Assembly (NCBI GenBank): GCA_036393295.1
Contig: DASWHF010000045.1
Location: forward strand, 14,313-78,312
Direction of reading: 5' to 3'
From: Acidiferrobacterales bacterium
Lineage (GTDB): Bacteria > Pseudomonadota > Gammaproteobacteria > Acidiferrobacterales > UBA6901
DNA: 64,000 nt
In this document: piece by piece, positions 60,436 through 64,000 of the stretch
How positions within the stretch are numbered: position 1 is the first letter of the stretch
How the letters are laid out: each line of letters begins with the position of its first letter
Notes under the pieces: model-generated
Database searches by the model: none
The model's input: only the letters and a program-made list of their open reading frames with translations
What the model was told of the DNA's origin: nothing
Program-made: the position numbers and the translations under genes

Positions 60436-61181
60436 GGCGCTCTTTGTCTGACGACTTCGAACAGACAAATGCCCGCCGCCACTGAGACATTCAGGCTCTC
60501 AACGGAGCCCGCCATCGGAATTCTGGCCAGAAAATCGCAGCGCTCCCGCGTCAGGCGCCGCAGCCCCCGCCCCTCCCCGCCCAGGACCAGGGCCAGGGGG
60601 ACGGTGAGGTCCAGGGTATAGACCGCCTGCTCGGCGTTGCCGTCCGCCCCCACCAGCCACACTCCCGCCTCCTTGAGCTGGTCCAGGGCGCGCGCCAGGT
60701 TGGTGACGGCGAGCAGCGGCAGCACCTCGGCGGCACCGCTGGCCGCCTTGCGGGCCGCCGCGGTGAGCGGCGCGGCATTGTCCTTGGGAACAATGACGGC
60801 CTGGGCGCCGGCGGCGGCCGCGCTGCGCAGGCAGGCGCCGAGATTGTGGGGGTCCTGGACACCGTCCAGCACCAGCAGGAACGGCGTCGCCTCGAGCCCG
60901 GCCAGAAACGCCGGCAGGTCCTCGGATACCACCGGCGCGCCGGCGCGCAGCACGGCCGCCACTCCCTGGTGCCGGGCCCCGGCGGCCAGCGCATCGAGCC
61001 GGGCGCCGGGCACGCGCTCGACCGGGATGCCGCGGGCGCGCGCGGCGTCCAGCAGTTGCTGGGGCCGCGCGCCCTGGTGCTTGATGTCCAGCCAGATACG
61101 CTCGAGGCGCTCGGGATGGCGGGCGAGCGCCGCGCGCACCGCATGCCAGCCGTACAGCGAGGCCTCGGGCATGGCGGGCAC
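60423..61181 (-). CDS. rlmB: 23S rRNA (guanosine-2'-O)-methyltransferase RlmB (SpoU family)
   Basis: SpoU/TrmH motifs (LVLDGVQDPHNLGA, LVLGGEGRGL, IPMAGSVESLNVSVA). A GTG start at 61181 abuts the rnr stop. An alternative ATG lies at 61172. Confidence 0.9.
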   Translation of the reverse strand: MPAMPEASLYGWHAVRAALARHPERLERIWLDIKHQGARPQQLLDAARARGIPVERVPGARLDALAAGARHQGVAAVLRAGAPVVSEDLPAFLAGLEATPFLLVLDGVQDPHNLGACLRSAAAAGAQAVIVPKDNAAPLTAAARKAASGAAEVLPLLAVTNLARALDQLKEAGVWLVGADGNAEQAVYTLDLTVPLALVLGGEGRGLRRLTRERCDFLARIPMAGSVESLNVSVAAGICLFEVVRQRAPNSK

Positions 61182-63505
61182 TAGCGCCGGCGGCGCTTGG
61201 ACCGGCCGCGGCGCTTGCCGGCCTTGCCGGGTTCCGTCTTGGCCGCGGCCGCGCGCGCCGGCTTGGCGGTCTTGTGTTTGCCGCGCCGGCCGCCGCGCGT
61301 GCGTCCGCCGTCCGGCGACGCGGCCCGCGCCACCAGCTCGAAATCGAGCTTGGCCTCGTCGAGATCGACACGCACCACGCGCACCTTGAGCGGGTCCCCG
61401 AGCCGGAATACCTCGTTGCTGCGCTCGCCGATCAGGCGGTGCTTGGCGGCGTCGAAGTGATAATAGTCGTTGCCGAGCGAGCTGATGTGCACCAACCCGT
61501 CGACATAGATCTCGGCCAGCTCCACGAACAGGCCGAAGCTGGTGACGCCGCTGATGATGCCATCGAACTCCTCGCCGATCTTGTCCTGCATGTACTCGGC
61601 CTTGAGCCAGCGGATCACGTCGCGGGTCGCGTCATCGGCGCGCCGCTCGGTCACCGACAGGTGCTCGCCCTGACCCAGCGCCTCGGCATCGGTGATGCGC
61701 GCCGGCCTGCGCTGGAGAATCGACTTGATGGCGCGGTGCACGATCAAATCCGGATAGCGCCGGATCGGCGAGGTGAAGTGCGCGTAGTTCGGGTAGCCGA
61801 GCGCGAAGTGCCCGATGTTGTCGGGGCTGTAGATCGCCTGGCTCAGGGAACGCAGCATGACGGTGTGGATGAGGCGCGCGTCCGGGCGCTCGCCGACCGT
61901 CGCCAGCAGCCGGGCGTAGTCGCGCGCCTGCGGCTCGTCGCCGCCGCCGAGCTCCAGACCCAGCTCGGACAGGAACTCGCGCAGCGCCGCGAGCTTCTCG
62001 GGCGTCGGGCCGGCGTGCACGCGGAACGGCACCGGCATCTTGTGCTCGATCAGGAGCTCCGCGGCGCAGACGTTGGCCGCGAGCATGCACTCCTCGATCA
62101 GCTTGTGCGCGTCGTTGCGCACCACCGGCTCGATGCGCTCGATCTTGCGTTCCGCGTTGTAGACGATGCGCGTCTCCGGCAGCTCGAAGTCTACCGCGCC
62201 GCGCTTGGCGCGCGCCTCGTGCAGCACCTGGTAGAGCGCGTACAGGGTCTCGAGGTGCGGCACCAGTGGCGCGTATTGCCTGCGCAAGGTCGCATCGCCG
62301 TCGACCAGCATCGCCGCCACCTGGGTATAGGTGAGGCGCGCTTGCGAGCGCATGACCGCCTCGAAGAAGCGGAAGTCCTCGATCCGGCCGCGCGCGCTGA
62401 CCTTCATCTCGCAGGCCATGCACAGCCGGTCGACTTCCGGGTTGAGCGAGCACAGCCCGTTCGACAGGATCTCCGGCAGCATCGGGATGACGTGGTTGGG
62501 AAAATACACCGAGTTGCCGCGCTGATAGGCCTCGGCGTCGAGCGCGCTGCCGGGCTTGACGTAGCTGGCGACGTCGGCGATCGCCACGATCAGCCGGAAG
62601 CCCTTGCCGACGCGCTCGCAGAACACCGCATCGTCGAAATCGCGCGCGTCCTCACCGTCGATGGTGACGAGCGGCGTGGCGCGCAGGTCTTCGCGGCCAT
62701 GCTTGGCGGACTCCGGCACCTGCGGATCGAGCCCCGACACCTCGCCCTGCACGGCGTCCGGCCACTCGTGCGGCAGCTCGTACATGCGGATCGCGACTTC
62801 GATCTCCATGCCCGGCGCCATATGATCGCCCAGCACCTCGACGATCTTGCCCTGCGGCTGGCCGCGCCGGCTCGGCTGTTCGACGATCGCCGCGACCACG
62901 ATCTGGCCGTCGCGCGCGTCGCCGGCCGCGCCCTGCGGGATGAGAATGTCCTGGTTGATGCGCTTGTCGGACGGCACCACGACGCCGATGGCGTTCTCCT
63001 GCACGTAGCGACCGACCACCGTGCGGTGGGCGCGCTCCAGCACCTCGATGATCGCACCCTCCTTGCGGCCGCGCGGATCGACGCCGGCGACGCGCGCCAC
63101 CGCCCGGTCGCCGTGCAGCAGCTGGCGCATCTCGCGCGGGCTCAGGAACAGGTCCTCGCCGCCCTCGTCCGGCACCAGGAAGCCGAAGCCGTCCGGGTGC
63201 CCGATCACCCGGCCGCGCACCATGTCCATCTTGTCGATCAGCGCGTAGCGGCCGCGCCGGTTCTTGAGCAGCTGGCCGTCGCGCTCCATGGCGCGCAGCC
63301 GGCGGCTGAAGGACTCGATGTCGCGCTCGCCGTCGACGCCGAGCCCCTGGGCCAGGCGTTTGAGGGACAGCGGCTCGCCGCACTCCGCCAAATGGCTGAG
63401 CACCGCCTCGCGGCTCGGCACCGGGTGCTCGTATTTCTGCGCCTCGCGCTCGGCCATGGGATCGGCCTGCGAACTGTCTGAGCCGGCGGGTTTCTGCGTT
63501 GACAT
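61181..63505 (-). CDS. rnr: ribonuclease R
   Basis: Cold-shock-like N-terminus, RNB core, an S1 domain and a Lys/Arg-rich tail. Conserved rnr-rlmB order. Confidence 0.95.
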   Translation of the reverse strand: MSTQKPAGSDSSQADPMAEREAQKYEHPVPSREAVLSHLAECGEPLSLKRLAQGLGVDGERDIESFSRRLRAMERDGQLLKNRRGRYALIDKMDMVRGRVIGHPDGFGFLVPDEGGEDLFLSPREMRQLLHGDRAVARVAGVDPRGRKEGAIIEVLERAHRTVVGRYVQENAIGVVVPSDKRINQDILIPQGAAGDARDGQIVVAAIVEQPSRRGQPQGKIVEVLGDHMAPGMEIEVAIRMYELPHEWPDAVQGEVSGLDPQVPESAKHGREDLRATPLVTIDGEDARDFDDAVFCERVGKGFRLIVAIADVASYVKPGSALDAEAYQRGNSVYFPNHVIPMLPEILSNGLCSLNPEVDRLCMACEMKVSARGRIEDFRFFEAVMRSQARLTYTQVAAMLVDGDATLRRQYAPLVPHLETLYALYQVLHEARAKRGAVDFELPETRIVYNAERKIERIEPVVRNDAHKLIEECMLAANVCAAELLIEHKMPVPFRVHAGPTPEKLAALREFLSELGLELGGGDEPQARDYARLLATVGERPDARLIHTVMLRSLSQAIYSPDNIGHFALGYPNYAHFTSPIRRYPDLIVHRAIKSILQRRPARITDAEALGQGEHLSVTERRADDATRDVIRWLKAEYMQDKIGEEFDGIISGVTSFGLFVELAEIYVDGLVHISSLGNDYYHFDAAKHRLIGERSNEVFRLGDPLKVRVVRVDLDEAKLDFELVARAASPDGGRTRGGRRGKHKTAKPARAAAAKTEPGKAGKRRGRSKRRRR

Positions 63506-63527
63506 AAATGGGGTCTCTCGGTAGAGT
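63499..63527 (+). promoter_or_regulatory. candidate sigma70 promoter for tRNA-Leu
   Basis: TTGACA (63499-63504), a 17-nt spacer, TAGAGT (63522-63527), then the GC-rich discriminator gcgcggcc. It lies ~50 nt upstream of the tRNA. Confidence 0.5.
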
Positions 63528-63576
63528 GCGCGGCCTGATCCGGGGATGCTAGCGCATTTTTCGGATCGGGGAATAA

Positions 63577-63663
63577 GCCGAGGTGGCGGAACTGGTAGAC
63601 GCGCTAGGTTCAGGTCTTAGTGGGGGCAACCCCGTGGAGGTTCAAGTCCTCTCCTCGGTACCA
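63577..63663 (+). tRNA. tRNA-Leu (anticodon CAG), CCA encoded
   Basis: 87 nt. Acceptor GCCGAGG/CCTCGGT, anticodon loop TTCAGGT, long variable arm TGGGGGCAACCCCGT, T-arm GGAGGTTCAAGTCCTCT. Near-identical layout to the E. coli Leu(CAG) tRNA. Confidence 0.92.
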
Positions 63664-64000
63664 CAATTATTTCGGGTCGTCGCATCCACGTCGACGAGCC
63701 GCAGGACGCCGGCGTAGTTCCCCGTCAGCTCGGCCTCCAGGTGCCCGTCCCGCGGGTGCAACGGCACCTCGCCGATGAGGCGGCGCAGCTGCGCCCGGGC
63801 GCGCGTCACGTCCCGGAGCGTGACCGCTTCCAGGTTCTCCACCATGTCGCGGAACCGCTCGACCGCCCGCGGCAGGATGTGACCCACCTTCTCCAACTTG
63901 CGCGCCCCAGAGCTCAAGGATGCGAGCAGCTTGTCGCGCTCGGATTCCAGCCGCTCGAGCTCGCCCTTCGTCGTCGGCGTGATGACGCCGGCCCGGATCG
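63642..64000 (-). CDS. large serine recombinase, C-terminal ~118 codons (gene continues past the right edge)
   Basis: The minus-strand frame is open to the window edge: ...IRAGVITPTTKGELERLESERDKLLASLSSGARKLEKVGHILPRAVERFRDMVENLEAVTLRDVTRARAQLRRLIGEVPLHPRDGHLEAELTGNYAGVLRLV... This is the coiled-coil and C-terminal tail pattern of large serine recombinases. The track ORF 63642..63917 is only its TTG-delimited end. Confidence 0.6.
   Translation of the reverse strand, partial: IRAGVITPTTKGELERLESERDKLLASLSSGARKLEKVGHILPRAVERFRDMVENLEAVTLRDVTRARAQLRRLIGEVPLHPRDGHLEAELTGNYAGVLRLVDVDATTRNNCGTEERT

Overview
GC-rich (roughly two-thirds G+C by eye, not computed) chromosomal segment with gammaproteobacterial gene order. 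About 85% of the window is tightly packed, conserved housekeeping synteny. Block 1: tatD-pilZ-holB-tmk-mltG-pabC-pabB-fabF-acpP-fabG-fabD-fabH-plsX-rpmF-yceD. Block 2: maf, sppA-Rieske-HAD-rluC, then rne. Block 3: LMW-PTP, kdsB, ycaR, lpxK, msbA, exbD, exbB, comEC, DUF2062, lolD, lolC. Block 4: dapC-dapD-dapE. Block 5: radA-alr-dnaB-rplI-rpsR-rpsF-rlmB-rnr and tRNA-Leu(CAG). Many neighbouring genes overlap by ATGA. No rRNA, CRISPR array or intact IS was seen. Six parts look non-core or unusual. (1) The left 6.4 kb holds copA plus a CopL-like gene, a truncated copper-radical-oxidase-like gene, and a low-GC spacer with five stacked perfect palindromes, direct repeats and a transposase-like remnant. 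It also holds an enlarged YeiH-family transporter with an unlisted 44-aa membrane microprotein, and a Usp gene coupled to a Trp/Arg-rich membrane protein. (2) A yjgN(DUF898)-M48 peptidase-sirtuin gene string. (3) A two-subunit pyruvate carboxylase inserted into the conserved maf/yceD junction and bordered by REP elements. (4) An orphan CHASE2-Ser/Thr kinase, PP2C phosphatase and double-FHA module. (5) Two GTAG-headed REP doublet families, plus three unrelated hairpin repeats whose arms are built from tandem 7- or 9-mers. One of these extends kdsB and another supplies the rpsF promoter. (6) At the right edge, the 3' end of a large serine recombinase gene runs into tRNA-Leu, marking the border of an integrated element that leaves the window. 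I found no complete system that I can call novel with confidence. The best candidates for follow-up are items 1, 4, 5 and 6.
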